A DNA stretch of 64,000 nucleotides from Phycisphaerales bacterium (GCA_022843545.1 JALHNL010000002.1:47992-111991), one strand, 5' to 3'; positions 36,143 through 45,467 are shown, numbered from the stretch's first letter. Program-made: numbers and translations. Notes: generated by a model from the sequence alone, not told the origin.

Positions 36143-36505
36143 TCAGAACTTGAGGCCGGCCTTGCGGGCGGCGTCGGCGAGGGCCTTGACGCGGCCGTGG
36201 TACTTGAACCCGGCGCGGTCGAAGGCGACGGCGGAGACGCCCTTGGCGATGGCGCGCTTGGCGAGCAGCTCGCCGACGGCGGCGGCGGCCTGAGCGTTGC
36301 CGGTCTTGGGCAGCTTCAGGTCCTTGTCCATCGTGGAGGCCTGGGCGATGGTGCCGCCCTTGAGGTCGTCGATGACCTGGGCGTACATGTGGGCCAGGCT
36401 CTTGTACACGCACAGACGCGGGCGAGAGCCGGTGCCCTCGACCTTCTTGCGGATGCCGATGTGCCGGCGGGCGCGGCGGACTTGCTTGTGCTTGGCGGTG
36501 TCCAT
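36143..36505 (-). CDS. rplR: 50S ribosomal protein L18
   Basis: Reads [20 protein letters not shown]...[26 protein letters not shown]. Confidence 0.95.
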   Translation of the reverse strand: MDTAKHKQVRRARRHIGIRKKVEGTGSRPRLCVYKSLAHMYAQVIDDLKGGTIAQASTMDKDLKLPKTGNAQAAAAVGELLAKRAIAKGVSAVAFDRAGFKYHGRVKALADAARKAGLKF

Positions 36506-36514
36506 GGTTGTCTC

Positions 36515-36549
36515 GGGAGTCTTGAGTCGCGAATCGCGAATCGTGTCTG
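36515..36549. repeat. Heptamer array (NNGARTC x4-5; core GCGAATC x2) in the rplF-rplR spacer
   Basis: Reads gggagtc ttgagtc gcgaatc gcgaatc gtgtctg. Confidence 0.8.
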
Positions 36550-36591
36550 CGGGTGGAAAGTCCTGAGCCGGATGCTCGGCCCGGGGGTGTC

Positions 36592-37149
36592 TCAGGCGGT
36601 GCCGAAGGCCTTGCCGCTCTTGCGCTTGATGACCTCGCCGAAGTACTTGACACCCTTGCCGTTGTAGGGCTCGGGCTTGCGCTTGGAGCGCATGTCGGAG
36701 GCGAACTGCCCGACCATGCGCTTGTCCGGGCCCTGGATCTTGACGAGCTGCTTGTCGACGGTGACCTTCAGCGAGTCGGGGATGGGCATGGAGATCTTGT
36801 TGGCGAAGCCCAGGACCATCTCGAGGGACTTGCCCTTGATGGCGGCCGTCCAGCCGACGCCGACGACTTCCATCTGCTTCTCGAAGCCCTTGGTGACGCC
36901 CTCGATGCTGGTCTGGATGAGAGCGCGGGTGGTGCCCCAGAGCGCGCGGACGGCGCGGTTCTCGCCGAACTTGCTCTCGTCGATGGCGACGTGCACTTCC
37001 TTCTTGGCCTGGTCCACGTTCACCTGGACCTCGGGCTTGAAGGGGGTCTTGAGCTCGCCCAGGGGGCCCTTGACGGTGACGACATGATTCGCCACCGAAA
37101 CGGTGACCTTGTCGGGGACGGCGATGGGTTTGCGGCCGATACGGGACAT
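36592..37149 (-). CDS. rplF: 50S ribosomal protein L6
   Basis: Reads [19 protein letters not shown]...[10 protein letters not shown]. Confidence 0.95.
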   Translation of the reverse strand: MSRIGRKPIAVPDKVTVSVANHVVTVKGPLGELKTPFKPEVQVNVDQAKKEVHVAIDESKFGENRAVRALWGTTRALIQTSIEGVTKGFEKQMEVVGVGWTAAIKGKSLEMVLGFANKISMPIPDSLKVTVDKQLVKIQGPDKRMVGQFASDMRSKRKPEPYNGKGVKYFGEVIKRKSGKAFGTA

Positions 37150-37191
37150 GTTCGAATCCTCAGGGGTGAGGTGGAATCTCGGGAAGCCGAA

Positions 37192-37590
37192 TCACTCGAC
37201 GATGCAGAGCAGCTCGCCGCCGACCTTCTGGGTGCGGCACTTGCGGTCGCTGAGCACGCCCTTGCTGGTGCTGACGACGGCGATGCCCAGGCCCTGCACG
37301 GGGCGGGGCAGTTCGCCGACCTTCTTGTACACGCGGCGTCCGGGCTTGGACGAGCGGGTGACGTTGGTGATGACCTGCTCGCCGCGCGGGCCGTACTTGA
37401 GGGCGACGCGGAGCTTGCCGCCGCGGCCGTCGTCGACGACGGAGTAGCTCTCGATGTAGCCCTCGTCGCGGAGGACGTCGGCGATGCCGCGGCACACGCG
37501 GGAGTTGATGCAATCCACCGACTTGGCCTTGTTGGCCAGGGCGTTGCGGAGCCTGGTGACCATGTCGCTGATGGGGTCGTTGACTGCCAT
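37192..37590 (-). CDS. rpsH: 30S ribosomal protein S8
   Basis: Reads DPISDMVTRLRNALANKAKSVD...VLRDEGYI...GIAVVSTSKGVLSD. Confidence 0.95.
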   Translation of the reverse strand: MAVNDPISDMVTRLRNALANKAKSVDCINSRVCRGIADVLRDEGYIESYSVVDDGRGGKLRVALKYGPRGEQVITNVTRSSKPGRRVYKKVGELPRPVQGLGIAVVSTSKGVLSDRKCRTQKVGGELLCIVE

Positions 37591-37696
37591 GGGTCGTCTT
37601 CTCGTGAGAGGGAACTCTGTCGGTCTTCGGTCGTCGATGGTCGGTGTTGATCCCGGTCAACGCGGGCGGGTGGCCCGCGGCGCCGGGGCACGTGGG

Positions 37697-37882
37697 TTAC
37701 CAGGAGGCCTTGCGCATGCCGGGGATCTTGCCCTCAAGCGCGAGCTTGCGGAGCATGATGCGGCTGATGCGGAACTTGCGGTACACGCCGTGGGCGCGGC
37801 CGGTGAGTTCGCAGCGGCGGACGGTGCGCGTCGAGAACTTGGGGGTGCGCTTGGAGCGGGCGGTCTGGGCTTTGGTGGCCAT
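37697..37882 (-). CDS. rpsN: 30S ribosomal protein S14, short (61 aa) form lacking three of four zinc-ligand cysteines
   Basis: Reads [61 protein letters not shown], versus the CxxC...CxxC pattern of type-Z S14. Confidence 0.9.
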   Translation of the reverse strand: MATKAQTARSKRTPKFSTRTVRRCELTGRAHGVYRKFRISRIMLRKLALEGKIPGMRKASW

Positions 37883-37903
37883 AAGAGTCTCGTGTGTGCG
37901 TGG

Positions 37904-37931
37904 TGCCTGTTCTTCGAATGCCTGATGCCTC
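37904..37931. repeat. Heptamer array (ATGCCTG ATGCCTC; TGCC family) abutting the rplE stop
   Basis: Reads tgcctgt tcttcga atgcctg atgcctc, followed by tta (the rplE stop on the minus strand). Confidence 0.7.
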
Positions 37932-38669
37932 TTACTTCTTCCCGCCCTTGGTCTCTTCGGGCTTGCGGAACGGGAACCCCAGTTCGGACAGGATGAAGCG
38001 GCTGAGCTTGGGGCTGCTCTTCTTGAAGCCGATGGAGATGTTCATGCCGTGGGTGAAGGTGGCCTCGGCCATGTTGATCTCGGGGAACACGCCCTGCTCG
38101 GTGAGGCCGCAGCCGTAGTTGCCCTGCTTGTCGAAGGCCTCGTCGTTCAGACCGCGGAAGTCCTTGATACGCGGGCAGGCGAGGTTGATGAAGCGGTCGA
38201 GGAAGTGCCACATGCGGTCGCGGCGGAGGGTGACCATGGCGGCGGTCTCGACGCCCTCGCGGACCTTGAAGTTCGACACGCTCTTCTTGGCCTTGAGGAC
38301 GACGGGCTTCTGACCGGTGACCTTGACGATCGTGTCAAGCACGGTCTGCTTCACGTTCGCGGGGATCTTGGTCCCCTCGAGGTGGCGGCCCATGTTGATG
38401 TTCACGATGATCTTCTCGAGGCGGGGCTGCTGCATGGGGTTGCGCAGGCCAAGCTCGTCGGCCAGCTTCTGGCGGACGTGGGTCTTGAACCGCGTCTGGA
38501 GGCGCGGCTCAACCCGCGGCTCGGTGGACGCGTCGGGGGCGTCGGCGTGCTTGGGCTTGCCGGAGCCGCCCTTGGGCTTGCCGCCGCCGGCGCCTTCGGG
38601 GCGGCCGCCCTTCTGGGGGCCGTCCTTCTTGGGCTGCTGGTCGGGCTTGTTCTTCTTGTCGTCGGCCAT
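37932..38669 (-). CDS. rplE: 50S ribosomal protein L5 with approx 55-aa Lys/Gly/Pro-rich N-terminal extension
   Basis: The L5 core begins [39 protein letters not shown]. The leader reads [41 protein letters not shown]... Confidence 0.95.
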   Translation of the reverse strand: MADDKKNKPDQQPKKDGPQKGGRPEGAGGGKPKGGSGKPKHADAPDASTEPRVEPRLQTRFKTHVRQKLADELGLRNPMQQPRLEKIIVNINMGRHLEGTKIPANVKQTVLDTIVKVTGQKPVVLKAKKSVSNFKVREGVETAAMVTLRRDRMWHFLDRFINLACPRIKDFRGLNDEAFDKQGNYGCGLTEQGVFPEINMAEATFTHGMNISIGFKKSSPKLSRFILSELGFPFRKPEETKGGKK

Positions 38670-38723
38670 GGCTGAGTCTCGTGGTCTGGGCGTCGCGCGG
38701 GTGCGGACGCGGATGGGCGGTCT

Positions 38724-39071
38724 TTAGCGGGCGCCGCTGACGGCGCCGAGTTCCTTGAGTTCCTTCTTCCCGCGGGTGGCGACGCGGACCTTGCTCCCGT
38801 CGCTGTTGATCTTGAACCGCACGCGGCAGGGCTTGCCGTCGACGACGGGCGAAACCTTGGACATGTGCAGCGGGGCCTCGCGGGTGACGACGGCGCCCTG
38901 GGGGTTCACGCGGGTGGGCCGCATGTGCTTGGTCACCAGGTTCACGCCCTTGATGAACACGCGGCTGTTCTTGGTGTCCACGCGCATGATCACGCCGGTC
39001 TGACCCTTGAGGTCGCCCGAGCGGATGATCACGGTGTCACCTTTGCGGATGTGACGAGCCATATCAGACAA
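38724..39071 (-). CDS. rplX: 50S ribosomal protein L24
   Basis: Reads [25 protein letters not shown]. The alternative start at 39062 (MARHI) would remove the 8-nt overlap with rplN. Confidence 0.95.
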   Translation of the reverse strand: MSDMARHIRKGDTVIIRSGDLKGQTGVIMRVDTKNSRVFIKGVNLVTKHMRPTRVNPQGAVVTREAPLHMSKVSPVVDGKPCRVRFKINSDGSKVRVATRGKKELKELGAVSGAR

Positions 39072-39450
39072 CCTCCGGAGCGAGGGAAACGATCTTCATG
39101 TAGTTCTTGTCACGCAGCTCGCGCGCCACCGGCCCGAAGATGCGGGTGCCCTTGGGGTTCCCGTCGTCCTGGATCAGGACCACGGCGTTGGCGTCGAACT
39201 TCACGTACGAGCCGTCGGCGCGGCGGGTGGCCTTGGTGGTGCGCACGACCACGGCCTTGCTCATGTCGCCGGCCTTCACGTCGGCGCCGGGAAGAGCCTT
39301 CTTCACCGAGACGAACACCCGGTCGCCGATGTTGGCGATGCGGCGGGTGAACTTGCCGGTGGCGGTGGACCCGCCGTACACGCGGATGACGTAGGCGATC
39401 TTCGCCCCGCTGTTGTCCGCGACTTCGCACCTGGTTTCTTGTTGCAGCAT
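39064..39450 (-). CDS. rplN: 50S ribosomal protein L14
   Basis: Reads [17 protein letters not shown]...[11 protein letters not shown]. Confidence 0.95.
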   Translation of the reverse strand: MLQQETRCEVADNSGAKIAYVIRVYGGSTATGKFTRRIANIGDRVFVSVKKALPGADVKAGDMSKAVVVRTTKATRRADGSYVKFDANAVVLIQDDGNPKGTRIFGPVARELRDKNYMKIVSLAPEVV

Positions 39451-39497
39451 GGTCTACCTCGTATCGGGCGCGGGCCCGGGGAAGCGAGCGGAACGAA

Positions 39498-39824
39498 TCA
39501 GGCCTTGGCCTCGTCCTTGCCGGGGGCCTCGATGCCTTCGAACTTCATGGACGCGCCCTTGCGCACCACGCGGACCAGAGCCCAGCTCTTGGTCTTGCTC
39601 ACGGGGTTGCACGGGGCGATCTCCACCAGGTCGCCGGTGCGCGACACGTTCTTCTCGTCGTGAACGTTCAGCACCGTCTTGCGGCGGATGATCTTGCCGT
39701 ACTTGGGGTGGATCTGCTCGTTGGGCAGCACCACCTTGCGGGTCTTGGAGCGCTTGTCCCCGTCGACGAGCCCGATGCGGGTCGCCTGGGTCTTCTTCGC
39801 CTTGTCCTTGGTCGTCGTGGCCAT
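39498..39824 (-). CDS. rpsQ: 30S ribosomal protein S17
   Basis: Reads KIIRRKTVLNVHDEKNVSRTGDLVEIAPCNPVSKTKSWALVRVV. Confidence 0.95.
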   Translation of the reverse strand: MATTTKDKAKKTQATRIGLVDGDKRSKTRKVVLPNEQIHPKYGKIIRRKTVLNVHDEKNVSRTGDLVEIAPCNPVSKTKSWALVRVVRKGASMKFEGIEAPGKDEAKA

Positions 39825-39876
39825 GGGTGTCTCGGGGGAGTTCTTGAGTCAGGGTTCGTCGGTCGTCGCGGGGCGA

Positions 39877-40200
39877 TCAGGCCTTCTTGGCGGCCTTGGC
39901 GGGCTTGGAGGTCTTGGCGGGCTTGGCCGTCTTGGCGGCGGCGGGCTTGGAGGCCTTGGCCTTGGCGGCGGGCGCCGTCTTGGGGGCCGAGGTCTGGACG
40001 ACCTTCTGCCCGGAGATGCGCCGCGCGCTGGCCTCGGTGTTCAGGCGGGCGATGTCCTTGCGGATCTTCGCGATCGCCGACGTGTCCTCCACCTTCTCGG
40101 TGGTCTTCTGGATCCGCAGTTCAAAGAGCTTCTCGCGGAGCTTCTTGGTCTCCGCGGTGATCTCTTCGCTGGTCATCTTCTTGACTTCTTCACCGGTCAT
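39877..40200 (-). CDS. rpmC: 50S ribosomal protein L29 with Ala/Lys/Pro-rich C-terminal tail
   Basis: Reads MTGEEVKKMTSEEITAETKKLREKLFELRIQK... with tail APKTAPAAKAKASKPAAAKTAKPAKTSKPAKAAKKA. The track ORF extends to a GTG at 40248 that lies inside the repeat array, so ATG 40200 is preferred. Confidence 0.9.
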   Translation of the reverse strand: MTGEEVKKMTSEEITAETKKLREKLFELRIQKTTEKVEDTSAIAKIRKDIARLNTEASARRISGQKVVQTSAPKTAPAAKAKASKPAAAKTAKPAKTSKPAKAAKKA

Positions 40201-40242
40201 GTCTGACTCCGATTGCTCGCTGCTCTGGCCTTCATCATCCTG

Positions 40243-40281
40243 GATCACTGATCACCGATCATTGATCACGTCTTGGATCAC
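40243..40281 (-). repeat. Heptamer array (sense strand GTGATCN x4-5) starting at the rplP stop codon
   Basis: Plus strand reads gatcact gatcacc gatcatt gatcacg tcttg gatcac. Sense strand reads TGATCCAAGACGTGATCAATGATCGGTGATCAGTGATCC, with TGA every 7 nt. Confidence 0.9.
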
Positions 40282-40697
40282 ACCACCACGCGCCGGCCGA
40301 CCATGCGGGTCTGGCAGGGCATCTTGTTCGCCACGCGGGCGAAGACCTGCTTCGCGACCGCCTCGCTCACGCCGGCGATCTCGAAGAGCATGGTGCCGGG
40401 CTTCACGCGGGCCGCCCAGTATTCCACTTCGGCCTTGCCGGTACCCATTCGGGTTTCCAGGGGCTTCTTGGAGATGGGCTTGTCCGGGAAGACGCGGATG
40501 AAGAGCTTGCCCTCGCGCTTCATGAAGTGCTGAGCGGCGATACGCCCGGCCTCGATCACGCGGCCCGGGAGCCACACCGACTCCAGCGACTGCAGGCCGA
40601 AGTCGCCGAACGCGACGTAGTTGCCCTTCGTCGCCTTGCGCGGGCGGACGCGCCGCATCTCCTTGCGGAACTTGACTCGTTTGGGCATCAGCGCCAT
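40278..40697 (-). CDS. rplP: 50S ribosomal protein L16
   Basis: Reads MALMPKRVKFRKEMRRV...GNYVAFGDFGLQ. Confidence 0.95.
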   Translation of the reverse strand: MALMPKRVKFRKEMRRVRPRKATKGNYVAFGDFGLQSLESVWLPGRVIEAGRIAAQHFMKREGKLFIRVFPDKPISKKPLETRMGTGKAEVEYWAARVKPGTMLFEIAGVSEAVAKQVFARVANKMPCQTRMVGRRVVV

Positions 40698-40774
40698 GGC
40701 TTGCTCCGTCGATCTTCGTCAGGCGGCCCAGGCCGCCAAGGGTGCAGGGAAAGGGAACGCGGGAACAGGTCTGA

Positions 40775-41485
40775 TCAGCGACGACCGCGGGCGCGGCTGC
40801 GTCCGCCGGCGGCCACCGGCTCGGTGGTCTCGGGCGCGGGGGCCTCGGCCTCGTACAGGCCCTTGTAGATCCACACCTTCACGCCGATCACGCCGTAGGA
40901 CATGACCGCCTCGGCCACGTTGTAGTCGATGTTGGCCTGGAGGGTGGACAGGGGGAGAGAGCCCTGGCGGACTTCGGCGGTACGGGACATTTCGGCCCCG
41001 CCCAGGCGACCGGCCATGACGATCCAGACGCCCTTGGCGCCGGCGGCCATGACCGCGTCGGCCTTCATCTTCATCGCGCGGCGGAAGGCGACGCGCTTGC
41101 GGATCTGCTCGGCGACGCCCTCGGCGACGAGCTTGGCGTCGACGTCGGGGTTCTTGATCTCCATGATGGAGATGGCGACCTTGCGCCCGGTCATGTACTG
41201 GAGCTCTTCGGTGAGACGCTCCACCTCGGCGCCCTTGGGGCCGATGACTAGGCCCGGGCGGGCCGACTTGATGATGACCTTGAGCTCCTCGCGGGTGCGC
41301 TCGATGTGAACATCGGCGACGGCCGCGAAGGGGGGCTTGCGGTTGAGCCGCTGGTCGATGAAGTTGCGGATCTTGTAGTCCTCGACGAGCAGCTCGCCGA
41401 ACAGCGCCTTGGGCGCGTACCAGCGGCTCTTGTGGGGCTCGGTGATCCCGACTCGCATTCCGTATGGATGTGTCTTCTGGCCCAT
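40775..41485 (-). CDS. rpsC: 30S ribosomal protein S3
   Basis: Reads MGQKTHPYGMRVGITEPHKSRWYA... Confidence 0.95.
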   Translation of the reverse strand: MGQKTHPYGMRVGITEPHKSRWYAPKALFGELLVEDYKIRNFIDQRLNRKPPFAAVADVHIERTREELKVIIKSARPGLVIGPKGAEVERLTEELQYMTGRKVAISIMEIKNPDVDAKLVAEGVAEQIRKRVAFRRAMKMKADAVMAAGAKGVWIVMAGRLGGAEMSRTAEVRQGSLPLSTLQANIDYNVAEAVMSYGVIGVKVWIYKGLYEAEAPAPETTEPVAAGGRSRARGRR

Positions 41486-41543
41486 GGCGTTCTCGTGGTG
41501 GTGGTCGCTGCGGTGCAGTCTGGTCGGGGGCGGGGGGTCGGGG

Positions 41544-42089
41544 TTAGATCTTCTCGGCGAGGCTGACGCGGAGGTGGCTCATGCGCTTGAGGATGGCGTG
41601 AGCGCGGCCGCGGTCCTTGGGCTGGATGCGCTTCATCACCGGGCCCTTGTCCGCCGAGGCTTCGATGACGATGAGGTTGGTGAGGTCAACGTTGGCCTGC
41701 TCCGCGTCGGCGACGGCGGAGAGCAGGGCCTTCTTCACGTCCACCGCCGCCTTCTTGATGTTGAAGGAGAGCAGGTTGGTGGCGGTGTCCATGTCCTTGC
41801 CGCGGATGAGGTCCACCAGCAGCTTGGCCTTGCGGGGAGACCCGCGGTGGAAGCGGAAGATGCAGGTGAACTTGGCGATCTTGCCCGCGTCGACGCCCAA
41901 AGCGTCGGCCATCTTGCGGATGTCGTCGGCCTTGCAGCGCGGGTGGTCGGAGCCGCGCATCCAGTTCTTGACGGCGCTGACCGCCTTCTTGCCGCGGAGC
42001 CCGTCGCGCTCGATGACGCGCGCCAGATCCTCGGCGGTGGCCTTCTTGGCTTCGGCGGTCTTGCTCAGTCGTTGGGCGTCGATTCTCAC
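41544..42089 (-). CDS. rplV: 50S ribosomal protein L22 with approx 75-aa N-terminal HTH-like extension
   Basis: The L22 core reads FRFHRGSPRKAKLLVDLIRGKDMDTATNLLSF...RIQPKDRGRAHAILKRMSHLRVSLAEK. A GTG at 42089 is preceded by AGAGGA. The extension keeps strong GC3 codon bias and so appears coding. The ORF-track entry runs far upstream across rpsS in another frame. Confidence 0.85.
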   Translation of the reverse strand: MRIDAQRLSKTAEAKKATAEDLARVIERDGLRGKKAVSAVKNWMRGSDHPRCKADDIRKMADALGVDAGKIAKFTCIFRFHRGSPRKAKLLVDLIRGKDMDTATNLLSFNIKKAAVDVKKALLSAVADAEQANVDLTNLIVIEASADKGPVMKRIQPKDRGRAHAILKRMSHLRVSLAEKI

Positions 42090-42151
42090 GGCGAGGTCCT
42101 CTGCTGGGGCCGACCGCGGATGGGTCGGCCGATGGAGTCGTGCGGAAGGGG

Positions 42152-42469
42152 TTACTTCTTGGGGGCCGGGGCGGGAGCGGCGCCCTTGGCGCCGTCGGCG
42201 ATGCCTTCCTTCTTGTTCGTGTGCCCCTTGAACGTGCGGGTCGGCGAGAACTCGCCGAGCTTGTGCCCGACCATGTCCTCGGTCACGAACACGTCGATGA
42301 AGGCGCGACCGTTGTGCACCTTGAAGCTGTGACCCACGAACTCGGGCACGATCGTGCAGGCCCGACGCCAGGTCTTCATCGCTTCCTTCTTGCCCATCTG
42401 GTTCAGACGCTCCACCCGGCGGTAGAGACGCTCGTCGACAAACGGGCCTTTCTTGCTGCTGCGGCTCAT
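42152..42469 (-). CDS. rpsS: 30S ribosomal protein S19
   Basis: Reads [15 protein letters not shown]...[38 protein letters not shown]. Confidence 0.95.
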   Translation of the reverse strand: MSRSSKKGPFVDERLYRRVERLNQMGKKEAMKTWRRACTIVPEFVGHSFKVHNGRAFIDVFVTEDMVGHKLGEFSPTRTFKGHTNKKEGIADGAKGAAPAPAPKK

Positions 42470-42550
42470 GCGTTGGTTCTCGTGGGTTCTCGTGCCTGCT
42501 GGGCGACTTCTCTGCTCTGGCCTGGTGCCGGTTGACGGCTGCCTTGGGGA

Positions 42551-43411
42551 TTACTTGCTCACCAACCCGTAACGCTGGCTCATGCGCCGGCGGATGATCA
42601 GCTTGGTGGAGTGCTTCTTCTTGTTGCGGGTGCGGCCGCCCTTGGCCAGCACGCCGGTGGGCGAGCAGGGCGGACGGTTGCCCTTGCTGCGGCCCGAGCC
42701 GCCGCCCAGCGGGTGGGCGTTGTGGCTCTTGGCGACGCCGCGGGTGATGGGGCGACGCCCCAGGTACCGCATGCGGCCGGCCTTGCCCCAGCGGACGTTC
42801 TGCTGGTCGGGGTTGCCGACTTCGCCGATCGTCGCGCGACACTCGACGTGCACCATGCGGATTTCGCCCGACGGGAGCACGAGGGTGGCGTACTGGCCTT
42901 CCTTGTTGGACAGGCGGGCGTAGTTGCCCGCGCTGCGGCAGAGCTGCGCGCCCTTGCCCGGGGTCATCTCGATGCAGTGCACCGCGAGACCGGTGGGGAT
43001 GTTCTTGAGCGGCATGTTGTTGCCGGGCTTGGGGTCCACCGACTCGGTGGCGCTGCTCACCACCGTCTGCCCGACCTGGAGGTCGCGCGGGGCGATGATG
43101 TAGCGCTTCACGCCGTCGGTGTACTGGATCAGCGCGACGTGGGCGGTGCGGTTGGGGTCATACTCGATGCCCACGACCTTGCCCTGGACGCCGTCGCGGT
43201 CATAGCGGCGGAAGTCCACGAGGCGGTAGAGGCGCTTGGCGCCGCCGCCGCGGCCGCGCGAGGTGATCTTGCCGCTGTGGTTGCGACCGCCCTTCTTGGG
43301 CAGCGGGCGCAGGAGCGACTTCTCGGGCTTGGTCTTGGTGACCTCGGCGTTGAGGTTCACCGAGCTGAAGCGACGCCCGGCGCTGGTCTTGTCGTAGATG
43401 CGGATCGGCAT
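42551..43411 (-). CDS. rplB: 50S ribosomal protein L2
   Basis: Reads [22 protein letters not shown]...[20 protein letters not shown]. Confidence 0.95.
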   Translation of the reverse strand: MPIRIYDKTSAGRRFSSVNLNAEVTKTKPEKSLLRPLPKKGGRNHSGKITSRGRGGGAKRLYRLVDFRRYDRDGVQGKVVGIEYDPNRTAHVALIQYTDGVKRYIIAPRDLQVGQTVVSSATESVDPKPGNNMPLKNIPTGLAVHCIEMTPGKGAQLCRSAGNYARLSNKEGQYATLVLPSGEIRMVHVECRATIGEVGNPDQQNVRWGKAGRMRYLGRRPITRGVAKSHNAHPLGGGSGRSKGNRPPCSPTGVLAKGGRTRNKKKHSTKLIIRRRMSQRYGLVSK

Positions 43412-43437
43412 GGTGTGCTCTCTTTACGGTCTTCCGG

Positions 43438-43470
43438 GCCCAGTGCCTGTTGCCCGATGCCTGATGCCTT
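43438..43470. repeat. Heptamer array (plus strand CCNNNTG x4; sense strand GGCATCA GGCATCG GGCAACA GGCACTG) in the rplW-rplB spacer
   Basis: Reads cccagtg cctgttg cccgatg cctgatg ccttc. Confidence 0.8.
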
Positions 43471-43477
43471 CGTGTTC

Positions 43478-43759
43478 TTAGAACAACTCGATCTTCTGAC
43501 CTTCGGCCACGCGGACCAGGGCGTGCTTGGTGATCTTGCCCGGGACGCGGCCGTAGCGCAGGGTGCGCTCGCGGGCCTTGCGGACCTGGGTGTTGATCTT
43601 GACGACCTGGACCTTGTACAACTGCTCCACCGCGGCCTTGATGTCCTTCTTCGTGGCGCGAAGATCGACCTCGAAGGCGTAGCGATTCTGCTCGCTGGAC
43701 GCGAACGTGTTCTTCTCGGTGAGCAGAGGCTTCTTGATGACGTAAACGGGGTCGATCAT
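43478..43759 (-). CDS. rplW: 50S ribosomal protein L23
   Basis: Reads IKKPLLTEKNTFASSEQNRYAFEVDLRATKKDIKAAVEQLYKVQV. The ATG overlaps the rplD stop (ATGA). Confidence 0.95.
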   Translation of the reverse strand: MIDPVYVIKKPLLTEKNTFASSEQNRYAFEVDLRATKKDIKAAVEQLYKVQVVKINTQVRKARERTLRYGRVPGKITKHALVRVAEGQKIELF

Positions 43760-44448
43760 GCGGCCACCTCGTTCTTCTTAGCGGCGCCCTTGGGGGACAC
43801 CTTGGCGTCCTTGCCGGTCTGGCTGGACGGGCCGGTGAGCCACGCCTCCAGATCGGCGCGCCCGATCACCAGGTAGCGGTGATTGAGCATCTCGAACAGG
43901 TTCATCTGCTCGGGGCGGGTGAGCGAGACGTTGTCGAGGTTGCGGGCGGCCAGACGGGCGTTGCGCTCGTCGGCCTTCACCGCGATCAGCGCGGTCTTGT
44001 CGATCTTGAGCGCCTCGAGCACCGTCTGCAGGTCGCGCGTCTTGGGCGACGACAGCTTCAGGTCGTCCACCACGCGCACCTCGTTATCCACGAGCTTGCT
44101 GAGCAGCGCGTTGCGGTTGGCCTTGCGGCGCATCTTCTTGGGCATGTCCAGGCGGTAGTCCTCGCGGGTCCGCTTCTTGGAGTGCGCGTGACCGCCGCCC
44201 TTCATCAGATTGGCCTTCCGGTCGCCGTGACGGGCGTTGCCGGTGCCCTTCTGCTTGTAGAGCTTCTTGGTCGAGCCCTCGACCTCTTTGCGGTTCTTGG
44301 TTCGGCTGGAGCCCTGGCGCAGGTTGGCGTGGTAACGCACATACGCCTGCTTGATGAGGGCGGGGATCACTTCGCCGCCGAGCGACTGCTCGTCGATAGT
44401 GATCTGGCCCACCTGGGAGCCTTGCTTGTTATAGACGGGGACTTGCAT
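43756..44448 (-). CDS. rplD: 50S ribosomal protein L4
   Basis: Reads KKLYKQKGTGNARHGDRKANLMKGGGHAH. Confidence 0.95.
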   Translation of the reverse strand: MQVPVYNKQGSQVGQITIDEQSLGGEVIPALIKQAYVRYHANLRQGSSRTKNRKEVEGSTKKLYKQKGTGNARHGDRKANLMKGGGHAHSKKRTREDYRLDMPKKMRRKANRNALLSKLVDNEVRVVDDLKLSSPKTRDLQTVLEALKIDKTALIAVKADERNARLAARNLDNVSLTRPEQMNLFEMLNHRYLVIGRADLEAWLTGPSSQTGKDAKVSPKGAAKKNEVAA

Positions 44449-44783
44449 CAGTCTGCTCTCGTCTGGACGCCTCGTGATCGCCCCTCGTGTTCCCCAGGCC
44501 CATGTGCCGGGGGGTGAGGGGCGCCCTCGCCTATCCGCTCGCTCGTTTCGCCCGGGCTTTCGCTTGGGGCCGCCCGGACCATCCGGACGCGAGACGAGTC
44601 GGAATCGACTCGGCTGTCTCGCGGCGGGGGTCGGAGTTCAGCCCTTGCCCGCCGCGCTTTCGCCTTGTTCTCGCCCGGTGGTTGTCTTTCGACCCTTCCG
44701 AGCGGCCGGGGTGATCCGCGGACCACCCAAGCTTCTGACCATCACTCGTTCACTTCCTCAATCCGTCAGTCTGTCAAAGTCTC
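44449..44783 (-). other. 335-nt non-coding spacer inside the S10 operon; candidate structured RNA element
   Basis: rplC and rplD are normally adjacent. The sense strand has four CGAAAG/CGAAAC GNRA-type loop motifs and a strong hairpin at 44588-44623 (cgcgagacgagtcg gaat cgactcggctgtctcgcg). The only ORF here has poor codon bias. Confidence 0.4.
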
Positions 44784-45467
44784 TTACTCGGTCTTGCCGG
44801 CGGCGATCCGCGCCTTGGGCTTGTACAGCCGCGTGGCGGGGCGGATCATCACCATGCCGCGCTTGCCGCCGGGCACGGAGCCCTTCACCAGAAGCAGGCC
44901 CTTCTCAGCATCTATGCGGACCAGGTCCAGCGAGCGGCAGGTGACGCGGACGTCACCCATGTGCCCGGCCATGCGCTTGCCCTTCTTCAGACCGCCGCCG
45001 TAACCGCGGTTGGAGCAGAGCGAGCCGATGGAGCCCGGCGAGCGGTGCTTACGCTCGGTGCCGTGGCTGGCGAACATGCCCTTGAAGTGGTGGCGCTTCA
45101 TCGTGCCCTGGAAGCCCTTGCCCTTGGACCGGCCGATGACGTCAACAAACTTGACGCCCTCCAGGTCCTTGGCGCTGAGCTCCTGGCCGGGCGAGAACTT
45201 GCCCGCCACCTCGGGCGTGCAGCGGAACTCGCGGTGATGACGCTTGGGGCCCGTGCCCGCCTTGAAGTCGTGGGCGATGATGGGCTGCGTGCTGCGACGG
45301 GCCTTGATGTCGCCGGCGCCGACCTGAACGGCGGAATAGCCGTCCTTGTCGAGCGAGCGGATCTGCGTCACAACGTTCTTGCTCACCTGGATGACGGTGA
45401 CGGGGAGCGAAACGCCCTCGGCGTTGAACACTCGCGTCATCCCCAGTTTGGTTCCCATCAGCAGCAT
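44784..45467 (-). CDS. rplC: 50S ribosomal protein L3
   Basis: Reads MGTKLGMTRVFNAEGVSLPVTVI...KGKGFQGTMKRHHF. Confidence 0.95.
   Translation of the reverse strand: MLLMGTKLGMTRVFNAEGVSLPVTVIQVSKNVVTQIRSLDKDGYSAVQVGAGDIKARRSTQPIIAHDFKAGTGPKRHHREFRCTPEVAGKFSPGQELSAKDLEGVKFVDVIGRSKGKGFQGTMKRHHFKGMFASHGTERKHRSPGSIGSLCSNRGYGGGLKKGKRMAGHMGDVRVTCRSLDLVRIDAEKGLLLVKGSVPGGKRGMVMIRPATRLYKPKARIAAGKTE

Noticed and set aside
44448-44726. 92-aa ORF inside the rplC-rplD spacer whose TGA overlaps the rplD ATG
   Set aside because: It has many A-ending codons (GGA, TCA, GAA, AGA, CAA, CCA, GCA, CGA), unlike every real gene here, and an Arg/Pro/Gly/Glu-rich product. The spacer is better explained as structured RNA.
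44449-44783. The spacer could be RNase P RNA, tmRNA, SRP RNA or 6S RNA
   Set aside because: I could not find the conserved RNase P blocks (GAGGAAAGTCCGGGC, ACAGAACCCGGCTTA-like), tRNA-like tmRNA ends, or the SRP domain IV motif. It is kept only as an unclassified candidate structured element.
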